This document shows, piece by piece, positions 40,192-50,698 of a stretch of DNA of 64,000 bases (position 1 is the stretch's first letter; each line of letters starts with the position of its first letter). The translations under genes and the position numbers were made by a program. The notes beneath the pieces are model-generated. The model saw only the letters and a program-made list of their open reading frames with translations. It searched no databases and had not been told where the DNA came from. Location of the stretch: the NCBI GenBank assembly GCA_963771465.1, contig CAVYTU010000017.1, positions 896,001 through 960,000 of the forward strand, written 5' to 3'. Source of the DNA: an uncultured delta proteobacterium. Lineage in GTDB: Bacteria; Desulfobacterota; Binatia; UBA9968.

Positions 40192-41330
40192 CTACTCTTT
40201 GGAGACTGTCGAATTAATTTCGTCCACGCGCCGCAGCGCTTCCTCCTCCGTCATCGCATCCACCTCGCACAGCATCTGCGCCAGCTCGGCATCGCTTGCC
40301 CGCTTCGCTTGATTGTGTGTGATGACGGCCGCCATCTCAGCGACCGTGGGCGCTTGGAACAAAGATTGAAGTGGCAGTTCTAGTTGGAAATGCTTAATGA
40401 CCCGAGAGACCACCCGCATGGCTGCGAGTGAATGCCCGCCGAGCTCGAAGAAATTGTCGTCGATGCCTACTTGGAGGTTGGTAAATTCCAGTTCAGTAAA
40501 TAGCGTGCGAACCTTCTCGATATTAAAACCCGTGAATTGAAGTTCGGGCAAACCGACGTCGATGGCCACGTCCCGTTTAACCGTGGCCAGATCACGGCTC
40601 AAAAAAGCTTTGTCTTTGTCGGCCTCAAGGATCTGCCGGATACGCGCCGCGCCGCGCAGTTGCATCTGTTCCATGTCGTCTAGATGGGCGAAGAGATTTT
40701 CCAATGTCTGAAATTGTTGGATTAACGCAATTGCGGTTTTTTCGCCGATTCCTTTTACGCCCGGAATGTTATCCACCGCGTCACCCATTAAGCCCATCAC
40801 TTCGATGACCTGCTCAGGCGCGACGCCGAACTTATGTCTGACTTCGTCTTTGCCGATCCAGAGATCTTTGGCGCTGTCTAACAGTTTCACGCCGTTGGTC
40901 ACCAACTGCATCAAGTCCTTGTCGCTGGACACGACAACCAAATCACAACCTTGGCCGCAGAGTCGCTCGCAAAGTGTAGCGATAATATCGTCGGCCTCAT
41001 AACCCGGGAGTTCGAGCAAAGGCAAGTTGAACGCGTCGAGCACTTTGCGGAAGTAGGGGAACTGCGGGATCAGGTCGGAGGCGCTTCGGGCCGGTTGCCT
41101 TTGTATTCGGCTAGCATCTCGTTACGAAAAGTTTTGCGTCCGGCATCGAGGGCCACAGCGATGTATTCAGGCTTATACTGCTTGAGTAACTTCAGCAGGA
41201 TGTTGGTGAAACCAAAAATCGCGTTGGTCGGCAGGCCCGCGGAGTTTGTCATCGGCGGGATGGCAAAGAAGGCGCGAAAAATATACGAGCTGCCGTCGAT
41301 TAAAAATAAGCGCGCGGGTTGATCGCTCAT
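40192..41330 (-). pseudogene. Stand-alone 5'-3' exonuclease (PolA N-terminal-like), frameshifted near 41077 and fused to an NRPS carrier (PCP) domain
   Basis: [45 protein letters not shown]; then [11 protein letters not shown]; 1-nt loss at EAP/PDLIPQF. Confidence 0.75.
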
Positions 41331-41383
41331 TGGGGTTTGCGCGGACAGGTATTTAATCAATTGGAGCGGGCCAAGAAGCCTCG

Positions 41384-42796
41384 CTAGTCGCGGCGCGATA
41401 TCGTATGCGTTGCGGTGCCGTAAAAAGACTCCGCCGCTTCCATCAAAGTTTCCGACAAGGTCGGATGGGGATGCACCGAATCGGCGATGTCGCGCGCGGT
41501 GGCGCCCATTTCCACGGCGAGAACACCTTCGGCGATAAGCTCACCGGCGCCGGCGCCGGTGATGCCGACACCGAGAATTCTCTCGGTTTCCGGCTCGATG
41601 ATCAGTTTGGTCAAACCGTCGGGACGATCGAGTGTCAGCGCGCGACCTGATGCGCCCCACAAAAACTTTGCCACTTTGATCGCAATGCCTTTTTGCTTCG
41701 CCTCATTTTCAGTCAAGCCGCACCAGGCGACTTCCGGGTCGGTGTAGACGACCGCCGGGATCACGACGTTTTCGAAGGCGCTCGCTTCGCCGAGGATCGC
41801 TTCGACTGCGATCTTGCCTTCCTTGGTCGCGCGATGAGCGAGCAACGTGCCGCCGTTCACATCGCCGATGGCGTAAATATTAGGATCCTCGGTTTGCTGT
41901 TGGGCGTTACATTGAATGAAGCCTTTGTCGTCTTTGCTGACCTTGGTGTTCTCCAGGCCGAGGTCGGCGAGATTTGGCGAACGGCCGACGCTAACCAGCA
42001 CGCGATCGTAAAGTTCGTCGCGCGGCTGCTTGTCGATCTCGATGGTCACTTTGATCTGCTTGCCGGCGGTCGCCATCTTGAGCACTTTGGTGTTGAGGCG
42101 AATTTCTTTGAAGGCTTTTTGCGCCGCCCGCAGCACGGGCCGCGCCAGGTCGGCGTCGACCCCGGCAAGAATCGCCGGCAGCGCTTCCAACACCACGACT
42201 TGACTGCCCAACGCAGCGTAGACCGTGCCAAGTTCCATGCCGATGTAACCGCCGCCGACTACTAACAAACTTTCCGGGATGTCTGGCAGTTCCAGTGCGC
42301 CGGTCGATGTCATGACGCGCGGATTGCCGAGGTCGAAAGCGTTGGGCATTGCCGGTTTTGAACCGACAGCGATGATCGCCTTTTCATAACGGATGAATTT
42401 TTGTCCCTCGGCTGTTTCCACCCGCAAGGTCTGGGAGTCTTCAAAATGGCCGCGGCCTTGGATCAGCTCAACCTTGCGGTGCTGAGCGAGAGTCTTGATG
42501 CCCTGACCCAGCTTGTCGAGGATCGTATTTTTCCAGCTGCGCAGTTTCTCCACGTCGACTTTCGGCGCGCCAAACTCGATGCCGCGCAGGGCAGAATCTC
42601 TCGTCTCGCGGAGAATCTCTGTAGCGTGAAGCAACGCCTTCGAAGGAATGCAACCGACGTTTAGACAAATGCCGCCGAGGCGCGGGTTTTGTTCCACCAA
42701 GGTGACTTTTTTGCCTTTGTCCGCGGCGTAAAACGCTGCCGCATAGCCGCCGGGGCCGGCACCGAGAACGACGATTTCAGTGGTAATCGGTTCCAT
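41384..42796 (-). CDS. lpdA: Dihydrolipoamide dehydrogenase
   Basis: GAGPGGY, GGICLNVGCIPSK, HPHPTLSE. Confidence 0.96.
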   Translation of the reverse strand: MEPITTEIVVLGAGPGGYAAAFYAADKGKKVTLVEQNPRLGGICLNVGCIPSKALLHATEILRETRDSALRGIEFGAPKVDVEKLRSWKNTILDKLGQGIKTLAQHRKVELIQGRGHFEDSQTLRVETAEGQKFIRYEKAIIAVGSKPAMPNAFDLGNPRVMTSTGALELPDIPESLLVVGGGYIGMELGTVYAALGSQVVVLEALPAILAGVDADLARPVLRAAQKAFKEIRLNTKVLKMATAGKQIKVTIEIDKQPRDELYDRVLVSVGRSPNLADLGLENTKVSKDDKGFIQCNAQQQTEDPNIYAIGDVNGGTLLAHRATKEGKIAVEAILGEASAFENVVIPAVVYTDPEVAWCGLTENEAKQKGIAIKVAKFLWGASGRALTLDRPDGLTKLIIEPETERILGVGITGAGAGELIAEGVLAVEMGATARDIADSVHPHPTLSETLMEAAESFYGTATHTISRRD

Positions 42797-42805
42797 GTTT
42801 AGAAA

Positions 42806-44122
42806 TTATTTGAGCTTGATATCGGCTTCGGCGAAAGATTCGACCCCGGCGATGATCGCTTTTACGAATCGCACCGCGTCGCCGCCGTCGAGCACTCTGT
42901 GATCATAGGCGAGGCAAAGCGGCAAAATAGTTCGGATCGCGATCTTGCCGTCGATTGCGACCGGTTTCGCCTGTCCCTGGCCAATGCCGAGAATCGCTAC
43001 CTGCGGCGTATAAATGATCGGCGTGAAGTGGCTGCCGCCGATGCTGCCCTGGTTGGAAATGGTGAAGCTGCCACCTTGCAGTTCTTCTATAGCAATTTTG
43101 CGCTGCCGAGTTTTTTCGGTGATCGTGTGAAGCTCTTGGGATAGTTGCAGCAAGTCTTTCTTGTCGACATCGCGCAATATCGGCACGATCAGGCCGCCCT
43201 CCGTGTCGACGGCGACGCCGATGTGGCAGTAATCTTTGTAAACAATTTCCAGCGACGATTCGTCCATGCTGGCGTTGGCGCGCGGATGGTTCTTGAGCGC
43301 GCGGCCGAGAATGAACAGAAAAAATGACGTCAACGTCAGATGCGCGTCTTTTTTCTCGTAGGCTGGCGCGTGTTTTTTTCGCATTGCTAACAACGCTGTG
43401 ATATCGGCGTCGGCGAACTGATTGATCTTGGGAATTGTTGTCCAGGACTCGACCATGCGCCGGCTGACGGTGCGGCGCAGCGGCGACATCTTCTCCCTGC
43501 GAATCGGTCCCCACTTGGCGAAGTCGATCGCTTCTGCGGGACTTGGCGCGGCAGGTGCGTTCGCCGTTGAGGCCTTTGCCGCGGGCCGCTCAAATGCCAT
43601 GTGCTGAAGTTCTTGGATGTACGCGCGCAAGTCTGCAAGATTGATACGGCCGCCGGCTTCGCTGCCTCTCACTCGGGTGAGATCGATAGCGAGCTCGCGA
43701 GCGATCTTACGGATCGACGGCGGTGCCGGCGGTGCCGTGCCGCTTTTCGATTCGTAGCGGTAAGCATTGGGCGCGATTTCAGAGTTTGCCATCGCTTGCG
43801 GCGCCGCTGCCGGCTGCGCCTTATTGTCCGCCGCGACTTTAGCCGGGGCATTCTCGGCCGCTTTGTTGCTCGGGGCGACAGCCGACGGGCTGCCGGTGTC
43901 GATTGAAACCAGCAACTGGCCGACGCTTACTTCCATGCCTTGTTTGACATGAATCTTGGTGACGATGCCGGAGCTGGGTGCGGGAATCGACCCCACCGCT
44001 TTTTGAGTTTCGAGCTCCATGAAGGCCTGGTCTTTTTTGATCTCCTGGCCTTCTGAAACTAAAATACTGACGACGGTGCCGCCCTCGACGCCTTCAGCGA
44101 GCTGGGGAAGTTTCACATCCAT
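42806..44122 (-). CDS. aceF: Dihydrolipoamide acetyltransferase E2
   Basis: Lipoyl domain ETQKA, E3-binding domain, YDHRVLDG; PDH operon. Confidence 0.92.
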   Translation of the reverse strand: MDVKLPQLAEGVEGGTVVSILVSEGQEIKKDQAFMELETQKAVGSIPAPSSGIVTKIHVKQGMEVSVGQLLVSIDTGSPSAVAPSNKAAENAPAKVAADNKAQPAAAPQAMANSEIAPNAYRYESKSGTAPPAPPSIRKIARELAIDLTRVRGSEAGGRINLADLRAYIQELQHMAFERPAAKASTANAPAAPSPAEAIDFAKWGPIRREKMSPLRRTVSRRMVESWTTIPKINQFADADITALLAMRKKHAPAYEKKDAHLTLTSFFLFILGRALKNHPRANASMDESSLEIVYKDYCHIGVAVDTEGGLIVPILRDVDKKDLLQLSQELHTITEKTRQRKIAIEELQGGSFTISNQGSIGGSHFTPIIYTPQVAILGIGQGQAKPVAIDGKIAIRTILPLCLAYDHRVLDGGDAVRFVKAIIAGVESFAEADIKLK

Positions 44123-44165
44123 GGAGAATTTTCGCGGCTGTCCTTTTGGCGTGTCAGTTTAGGGA

Positions 44166-46856
44166 TTAGAGGCAAAAGGGAAATGACTTTTCAGGATCGA
44201 TGCCCAACTTCTTGATCGCCTGGTCGACGACCGTCGCCGGAAACGCTTCTTTTAGGTGTAGCGCGTAAAGCGTCGCCACCGTCGTCGATTCAGCGTCGAC
44301 TTCAAAAAATCGCCGCAGGTTCTCACGCGTGTCGCTGCGGCCGAAGCCGTCGGTGCCTAAAGTCATGAGCCCGCCGGGAACCCAAGGCGCGATCTGATCG
44401 GCAACCATCTTCATATAATCGGAGACGGCAACAAAGACGCCTTCTTCATGTTGCAAGAGTGATTCGAGATAGGACTGCTTCGGTGGCGCGGTGGGATGGA
44501 GCATGTTCCAACGCTTAGCCCGAAGCGCGTCGCCGCGCAGCAATTTGTAGCTTGTCACGCTCCAAACGTCCGCCGCGACATCGAACTGCTCGGCGAGAAT
44601 GTCTTGGGCTCGCAGCGCGTCGCGTAGGATCGGCCCGCTGCCAAAAATATGCGCTTTATATTTTTTGCCCTTGGTCGCGGGCTTGACTTTGTACATGCCT
44701 TTGAGGATGCCCTCTTCGGCGCCCTCGGGCATGGCCGGCATCGGATAACTCTCGTTATAGAGCGTCAGATAGTAAAAATATTCCTCGTTCTCAGCGTACA
44801 GCCGGCGCAATCCGTCTTGAATGATGACTGCGATCTCATAACCATAAGCGGCATCGTAAGTTAGCAACGTCGGAATCGTGCTGGCAAGCAAATGACTGTG
44901 GCCGTCTTGGTGTTGCAACCCTTCGCCGTTGAGCGTCGTCCGTCCCGCGGTGGCGCCGAGCAAAAACCCCTTAGCCTTGCTGTCGGCGGCGGCCCAAATA
45001 AAATCGCCGATGCGCTGAAAGCCGAACATGGAGTAGTAAAAATAAAAGGGAATCAAGTTGATGCCGAGATTGGCATAAGCGGTGCCCGCTGCGATAAATG
45101 AAGACATGGCGCCGGCTTCGGTGATGCCTTCTTCGAGGATTTGCCCGTCCTTGGCTTCGTTGTAGTAAAGCAGCGTTTCGCGGTCGACAGGTTCGTAGAG
45201 TTGGCCCTTCGATGAATAGATGCCGATCTGACGAAACAACGAGTCCATGCCGAATGTTCTGGCTTCGTCCGGAATAATCGGCACGATCAGATCGCCGACT
45301 TCCTCGTGGCGCAGTAGCTTGGTCATCAACCGCACAGTGGCCATGGTCGTCGACATCGAATGCTGACCCGAGCCTTTCAGTAATTCAGTGTAATTTTCGG
45401 CGTTGGGAACGCTGAGCGGTTTTGCGCGGACTTTTCTTTCCGGCACGAAGCCGCGCAGTTGTTTTCGCCGTTCTAGGAGATACTGGGTTTCAGAGCTGTC
45501 CATCGGCGGGCGGTAGAAGGGTGTCTCGACCACTTCCTCGTCCGGCAGGGGAATGTCGAAGCGCTTGCGAAACTCGCGCAGCTCACGCTCGTTGAGCTTT
45601 TTCTGTTGATGCGTGATATTGCGGCCTTCACCGGCCTCGCCCAAGCCGTAGCCTTTGACCGTTTTGGCGAGTATGACCGTCGGTCCGTCTTTGTGTTCGA
45701 CCGCGGCCTTATAGGCGGCGTAAACTTTTTTTGGATCGTGACCGCCACGCAACAGGCCGTGAATTTGGTCGTCGGTTAAGTGATTGACCATTTCCAGGAG
45801 TTCAGGATATTTGCCGAAGAAATTTTTTCTCGTGTAGCTGCCGGGCTCGACGGAAAACTTTTGATATTCGCCGTCCACCGCTTCTTCCATCCGTTTGAGC
45901 AGCAGCCCATTCTCATCGGCCGCTAACAGCGGGTCCCAGTCCGAACCCCAAATCACTTTGATCACGTTCCATCCGGCGCCGCGAAACAGCGCTTCGAGCT
46001 CTTGAATGATCTTGCCGTTACCGCGCACCGGGCCATCGAGGCGTTGAAGGTTGCAGTTAACCACCCAGACGAGATTGTCGAGATTCTCGCGCGCCGCGAG
46101 CGATAGTGCGCCGGACGACTCCGGTTCGTCCATTTCACCGTCGCCGGGAAAACACCAAACTCGTGGCTCTTCACCGCTCAATAGGCCGCGGCTCTTGAGG
46201 TAACGCACGAAACGCGCCTGGTAAATCGACATGAGCGGGGCCAACCCCATGGACACCGTGGGAAACTGCCAGAACTCCGGCATTAGGTAGGGGTGGGGAT
46301 AGGACGACAAGCCGCCGACGCTGGAAAGCTCCTGGCGAAAGTGATGCAACCGCGGCGCATTGATGCGCCATTCTACATACGCGCGCGCGTAAACGCCCGG
46401 CGACGCGTGGCCCTGAAAATAAATCATGTCGGCGTTATTGGTGCCGTCGCTACCGCGGAAAAAATGGTTCTGGCCGACTTCATATAAAGTCGCGGCAGAG
46501 GCGTAGGTGGAAATATGACCGCCGATATCGGCATGCAGCCGATTGGCTTTGACCACCATCGCCATGGCGTTCCAACGGACGTAGCTCTTGATGCGCCGTT
46601 CGATTTCCCGGTTGCCGGGGTAAGGTGGTTCTTTTTCGGGCGGGATTGTATTGATATAAGGCGTGCTGACCGTGAACGGAATCTTAATGCCCGACTGGCG
46701 CAAGCGATCGGCGAGTTCTTCGAGCAGCTGGGACGCTTGTTCCGAGTGCTCGTTCTTTAAAATATATCCAAGGAAATATTCGAGTGAGGCGATCCATTGA
46801 TGGCGGTCGTCTTTGGTCGACTTGCCGTTACCGGTCGATTTGTTTTCAGGTTGCAT
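44166..46856 (-). CDS. aceE: Pyruvate dehydrogenase E1, homodimeric
   Basis: GGHISTY, GDGEMDE, NCNLQRLDGP, GEGLQHQD, GTDGFGRSD; ATG at 46856. Confidence 0.96.
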   Translation of the reverse strand: MQPENKSTGNGKSTKDDRHQWIASLEYFLGYILKNEHSEQASQLLEELADRLRQSGIKIPFTVSTPYINTIPPEKEPPYPGNREIERRIKSYVRWNAMAMVVKANRLHADIGGHISTYASAATLYEVGQNHFFRGSDGTNNADMIYFQGHASPGVYARAYVEWRINAPRLHHFRQELSSVGGLSSYPHPYLMPEFWQFPTVSMGLAPLMSIYQARFVRYLKSRGLLSGEEPRVWCFPGDGEMDEPESSGALSLAARENLDNLVWVVNCNLQRLDGPVRGNGKIIQELEALFRGAGWNVIKVIWGSDWDPLLAADENGLLLKRMEEAVDGEYQKFSVEPGSYTRKNFFGKYPELLEMVNHLTDDQIHGLLRGGHDPKKVYAAYKAAVEHKDGPTVILAKTVKGYGLGEAGEGRNITHQQKKLNERELREFRKRFDIPLPDEEVVETPFYRPPMDSSETQYLLERRKQLRGFVPERKVRAKPLSVPNAENYTELLKGSGQHSMSTTMATVRLMTKLLRHEEVGDLIVPIIPDEARTFGMDSLFRQIGIYSSKGQLYEPVDRETLLYYNEAKDGQILEEGITEAGAMSSFIAAGTAYANLGINLIPFYFYYSMFGFQRIGDFIWAAADSKAKGFLLGATAGRTTLNGEGLQHQDGHSHLLASTIPTLLTYDAAYGYEIAVIIQDGLRRLYAENEEYFYYLTLYNESYPMPAMPEGAEEGILKGMYKVKPATKGKKYKAHIFGSGPILRDALRAQDILAEQFDVAADVWSVTSYKLLRGDALRAKRWNMLHPTAPPKQSYLESLLQHEEGVFVAVSDYMKMVADQIAPWVPGGLMTLGTDGFGRSDTRENLRRFFEVDAESTTVATLYALHLKEAFPATVVDQAIKKLGIDPEKSFPFCL

Positions 46857-46916
46857 CCAGGCGTGATCCTTGTTTTTTAAGAGACAACAAAACTGGGCCA
46901 AAATCAACTGAGTTCA

Positions 46917-47636
46917 ATGAAATATCTTGAACTGACTTTCACCGAAGCGGAGCGTAATCTCTCCTGCGACGAAGCGTTGTTGGAGTTGTTCGAAGCGCAA
47001 CATCCGGACGATGGAGTTCTGCGGCTGTGGCAATCGGAAACTTACTTTGTCGTACTCGGCCATTCTAATCATCTGGCGGCGGAAGTAGCAGTAACCGCGT
47101 GTGCGGCCGATGGTGTGCCGATCCTCCGTCGCGTAAGTGGCGGCGGCACGGTGCTCCAGGGGCCCGGCTGTCTGAATTATTCATTGATTCTCGATTGTGG
47201 AAAGTTTGGCCTAAAGAATATCGGCGCCACCTTTCACTATGTATTGAATCGCCACAGGACATCGATTGCGGCGCTGACCGGACTGCCAATTGCGGTCGCA
47301 GGCATCAGCGACCTGACGGTGGGCGGACGTAAGTTCTCTGGTAATGCGCAATATCGCAAAGCGCGCTATGGGTTGGTGCATGGGACCTTTCTTCTTGATT
47401 TCGATTTACCTCGCATTGAACGCTATTTGCGCATGCCGATAAAGCAGCCCGATTACCGGCACGATCGCGCACACGCGGATTTCGTCACAAACTTGAGCCT
47501 CGATGCCGATCGAATACATGAAGCATTGCTGAGTGAATGGGAGGCTTCTGCGGTCCTTGATGTCGACCTATTACGCGAAATCGACAGACTGGTCGATGAA
47601 CGGTACGGACGACCGGAATGGTCAAGCAAATTCTAG
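46917..47636 (+). CDS. lplA: Lipoate-protein ligase family protein
   Basis: RRVSGGGTV, GRKFSGNAQ, HGT; divergent from the PDH operon. Confidence 0.85.
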   Translation: MKYLELTFTEAERNLSCDEALLELFEAQHPDDGVLRLWQSETYFVVLGHSNHLAAEVAVTACAADGVPILRRVSGGGTVLQGPGCLNYSLILDCGKFGLKNIGATFHYVLNRHRTSIAALTGLPIAVAGISDLTVGGRKFSGNAQYRKARYGLVHGTFLLDFDLPRIERYLRMPIKQPDYRHDRAHADFVTNLSLDADRIHEALLSEWEASAVLDVDLLREIDRLVDERYGRPEWSSKF

Positions 47637-47644
47637 CGATATTG

Positions 47645-48282
47645 GTCGGCGGAGATCATCCCATTAGCACAGTGTTGCCCGAAGAACTGTTGAGGCACGG
47701 CGAAAATACGGCGATCTGATATTTCCCAGAAGATCGTCATAGACTAAAGACGCAAGATTTATTCACGGCGTCGATTTTTTGAAAAAATTCAGCGCCTCAC
47801 CGCCGCTACGCCGAGGCACGCCCCGAATTGAGCGAATGGCAAGTCATCAGGGCGAGAACTATCAGGGCGGCGTCAAAATCACGGCTACAGACCTGCGAAA
47901 CGTGTTTGCGACGGTCGTCATGGACAACGTAAGGAATCCGATACGGCGCGCCGACTCATGCGGCATACTTCGCTTCAGACGACGACGAAATATATGAGGT
48001 TGGTCAAAGACCGAATGCAAGATGCCGTCAAATTCTTGGGTAATTCCTTGGAGGCAAGTCTTGGGGGTAGATTTGGGGGCAACTTCCAACGTAAAAATGC
48101 TCAAAACGACATCATGCGCGAACTCCCTGCTACGGCTTGCTAAAACGCGAACCGCAGCAGGAATTCCGCGTTTCCCCTCGGTAAATCTTGTTGGCCTGGA
48201 GGGGAGAGTTGGTGGCGGTGGCGGGAGTCGAACCTGCGACGCCGCGGATATGAGCCGTCCGGTCAGGAAGAAAAGTAATTGA
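47645..48282 (+). pseudogene. Degenerate 3' part of a tyrosine integrase related to 53285-54298
   Basis: IFPRRSS*TK, IYSRRRFFEKI, TDLRNVFAT, LMRHTSLQTTTKY with a stop and frameshifts; also ends antisense to a tRNA 3' half. Confidence 0.85.
48210..48257 (-). other. Displaced 3' half of tRNA-Met (distal att site)
   Basis: CGGCTCATATCCGCGGCGTCGCAGGTTCGACTCCCGCCACCGCCACCA; 21-bp core 48237-48257 identical to 54268-54288; no 5' half. Confidence 0.9.
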
Positions 48283-48303
48283 TTTATAAGTCTTTTTTCC
48301 ACC

Positions 48304-48326
48304 GGGGGCCACACCTGGGGGCCATC
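48304..48326 (+). repeat. Putative integrase arm-binding direct repeats
   Basis: GGGGGCCACACCTGGGGGCCATC, 21/23 identical to 54115-54137. Confidence 0.7.
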
Positions 48327-48382
48327 CTAGCCAAAAAACGGCGTTTAGCGGGTCGAAACAACGCCATTGATGCGGTCTACGC

Positions 48383-48820
48383 ATGAGCGACGCACTACCA
48401 CCGCCAAAGAGCCGTCGTGAATACCAGAAGCACGGCACACACACACGAGACAAGCGCTTGCGGTCGCGTGGTCTTAGTGGAATCGACGGCAGAACTTCCG
48501 AAGGCCGCGAAGCGCTAAGCTGGCGCGATGCCGTGCTCAAATTGAAAGGTGGTGCCGCGTGTTCGTTCGCCGTCAAGACCGAAATCAAGCTGGCTTGCTT
48601 CGATCTTTTTCGGTTGTTGCACTTGCAATCGTACATGATCGCCGATTGCAACCACCGGCTAACGCTGGTCAACCGGCGCAAGCGCGAGCTGCCACGCATT
48701 CATGAGCAGTACGCCGAAATCGATCATCGGTTCTCGCGCCGCGTTGAAGGGTTGGACTTAGGCAAGGTGCCGCCGATGGACCTCGCGTCGAGATTGGCGC
48801 AAGCGACGGCGGAGCGATGA
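48383..48820 (+). CDS. Phage-related protein, possibly terminase-small-subunit-like
   Basis: Basic N-terminus with KHG and IDGRT followed by helices; first gene inside the att site. Confidence 0.45.
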   Translation: MSDALPPPKSRREYQKHGTHTRDKRLRSRGLSGIDGRTSEGREALSWRDAVLKLKGGAACSFAVKTEIKLACFDLFRLLHLQSYMIADCNHRLTLVNRRKRELPRIHEQYAEIDHRFSRRVEGLDLGKVPPMDLASRLAQATAER

Positions 48821-49330
48821 GTAAACAATATCGCGTCGAAATGTTTCTTATCCCACTCGCTCCAACATAATCGCACAGAGTAAATAGAAGACAAACGCCA
48901 GCACGATGAGTATCAAAACCTCCCACGGTCGCCATTCTCTCACCTTCCAAGATTGCATAAGCCCATGCCTGATGGGATCAGTGTTTTGCATACTGTTCCA
49001 TCTTAGTGCGGAGGCCCACTTCGGAAATCCCCGGTGGATAGTGGCCCAATTGCGACTCAGCGGTGTCCCAATTCGGCTTCACCGAAAGCAATGAGATCAG
49101 GGACAAGCAAGCAAACAACAGCGCCAGCAGTGTCCTTGTATTCATATATGCTCTCCGGTCTCGCGAGTTCCCGCAGACAAGAAATTCGGCCCTCCGGAAC
49201 TCGTCGGATTTCAAGTCTCATCTGCTCCCAGATAATTGCAGTATGCGTGACGGTTTCTGTCTAATATTAGACAGTTCCAAAAATATTTCGTTCGCGATTG
49301 GCGCAAGCGGTGGCAAGAGAGAGATGGATC

Positions 49331-49549
49331 ATGAGTCGTAAAGATATTGAGATTATCGAAGCAGAGACACGGCGGCTGGAAGCGCTCGGCATCGTCTTGG
49401 GCATGTTGGGATTGAAAGAGCCGAAGCGAGCCGGACGACGGCGCATGTACGTCACCGAAGCGGACCGGCAGAGAGCCTACCGAAAACGCAAGTCAGAGAA
49501 AGTCCGTGACTTGCAAAAACGTTCGCCCAGCAGCGTTGCAAGCTCGTGA
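49331..49549 (+). CDS. Small basic protein with ADRQRAYRKR motif
   Basis: GRRRMYVTEADRQRAYRKRK, typical of small mobile-element DNA-binding proteins. Confidence 0.55.
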   Translation: MSRKDIEIIEAETRRLEALGIVLGMLGLKEPKRAGRRRMYVTEADRQRAYRKRKSEKVRDLQKRSPSSVASS

Positions 49550-49660
49550 ATTCGTTGAAGTCTGTTGTTACGAAATTCGGCCAAATCGGTGAAGTGGCAC
49601 ATTACCATTTACCGGGGGAAACGTTACGAAATAAGGCGATAGCGATAGAGGTGATTGACG

Positions 49661-49831
49661 ATGAGTTTTGATCTTAAAAGTTGGAGTGAAGCGAACGGTT
49701 TCGCCTATTCTCCTTTTGGTTATCAACACACCGGCAAGATGGACAGCGATGTGATCTGCCGGGAGGGTTTAATCACCACAAGCGACGATGTGAACGGCTG
49801 GTTGCAATCGTTTCCGCAGATGAGCCTATGA
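49661..49831 (+). CDS. 56-aa hypothetical protein
   Basis: GAGGTG RBS; MSFDLKSWSEANGF...; below the ORF-track length cutoff. Confidence 0.4.
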   Translation: MSFDLKSWSEANGFAYSPFGYQHTGKMDSDVICREGLITTSDDVNGWLQSFPQMSL

Positions 49832-50086
49832 TGAGAAGCCAGCTATTCCAGTTCCAGCGTAACCGTCCCTGTTACTGTCAACCCAATCTTTGGCGAAAAT
49901 ATAGGCCGCCCTTTCAGCGTCTTTATATCTGTCAAAACTTCTCTCGAAGGCCCACTCCATCCAGAGCTTAACACGCTCCTGGCCGTTTTCGGTCCAGCTA
50001 ATTTTGGCAACAGGTTTAAAACCAATGCTGTCGTGAAAGGCGGAGGCACTGGACCGGATCAAGAACCCTTTGTAAGTTTGTTCCAT
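49826..50086 (-). CDS. Small hypothetical protein
   Basis: GGAG RBS before ATG 50086; MEQTYKGFLIR...AKDWVD. Confidence 0.6.
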   Translation of the reverse strand: MEQTYKGFLIRSSASAFHDSIGFKPVAKISWTENGQERVKLWMEWAFERSFDRYKDAERAAYIFAKDWVDSNRDGYAGTGIAGFSS

Positions 50087-50259
50087 TTCTCCACGGTAAA
50101 TCAACCGCCACGAGATTTCTGTCCAATACTGAACCAGACTTTAAAAAAAATTTAGGATACTATCAATTCGCCGGGAAGTGTGGACCAACGGCCATTTTAG
50201 CGCCGCAAGAAAGCGATGAGCAATGCTTAAACCAAAAGAGGGCCGGGCATGAAAAAACT

Positions 50260-50547
50260 TTATCTGATCTCTACGTCTCCTGCTTCACGTAAAGTCTTAC
50301 CGATTAACTTCCCTTTGTTAGCGTAAAGAAACGCAAAGTTGGTATCCCTAAAATTTTTCTTCCATAGGCAATTGCCAATACCCCAGGAAAGAACAATGCT
50401 AATTCCTGCGGGATGTGCGGGTTGAATGTTCTGGATTATTAAGCCGAGCAACTCGAACGTCGCTGGTATTAACGCCCCTGCCGCACCGACGGAAAAAAGT
50501 TTTGGCCAGGGAGACAATTCTTTATGGTTCCGTAAAAGCATCGGCAC
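50260..50547 (-). CDS. Small hypothetical protein
   Basis: 95-aa ORF ending GKTLREAGDVEI. Confidence 0.5.
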   Translation of the reverse strand: MPMLLRNHKELSPWPKLFSVGAAGALIPATFELLGLIIQNIQPAHPAGISIVLSWGIGNCLWKKNFRDTNFAFLYANKGKLIGKTLREAGDVEIR

Positions 50548-50698
50548 GTTTCTAAGCTTTGATGATACACGAAGCGGTCATCGCCGCCAAGGACGACGGA
50601 AACTCTCGTTGATGTTTCGGTGAGGACGATCCGAGTTGGGCCAAAGACGCAGCTATCGGTGAGAAGATGATAACGCTCGGTCTGAGAACCGTGACCTG

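Noticed and set aside
41068-41075. Selenocysteine readthrough at the exonuclease TGA
   Set aside because: Homology continues in a different frame ([11 protein letters not shown]), so this is a frameshift, not readthrough.
47641-47655. Third tRNA-derived att site (TTGGTCGGCGG)
   Set aside because: The match is short, needs a gap, and is better explained as integrase-remnant coding sequence.
48210-48290. Second functional tRNA-Met
   Set aside because: Only the anticodon loop to CCA is present; the D-arm and 5' acceptor strand are missing.
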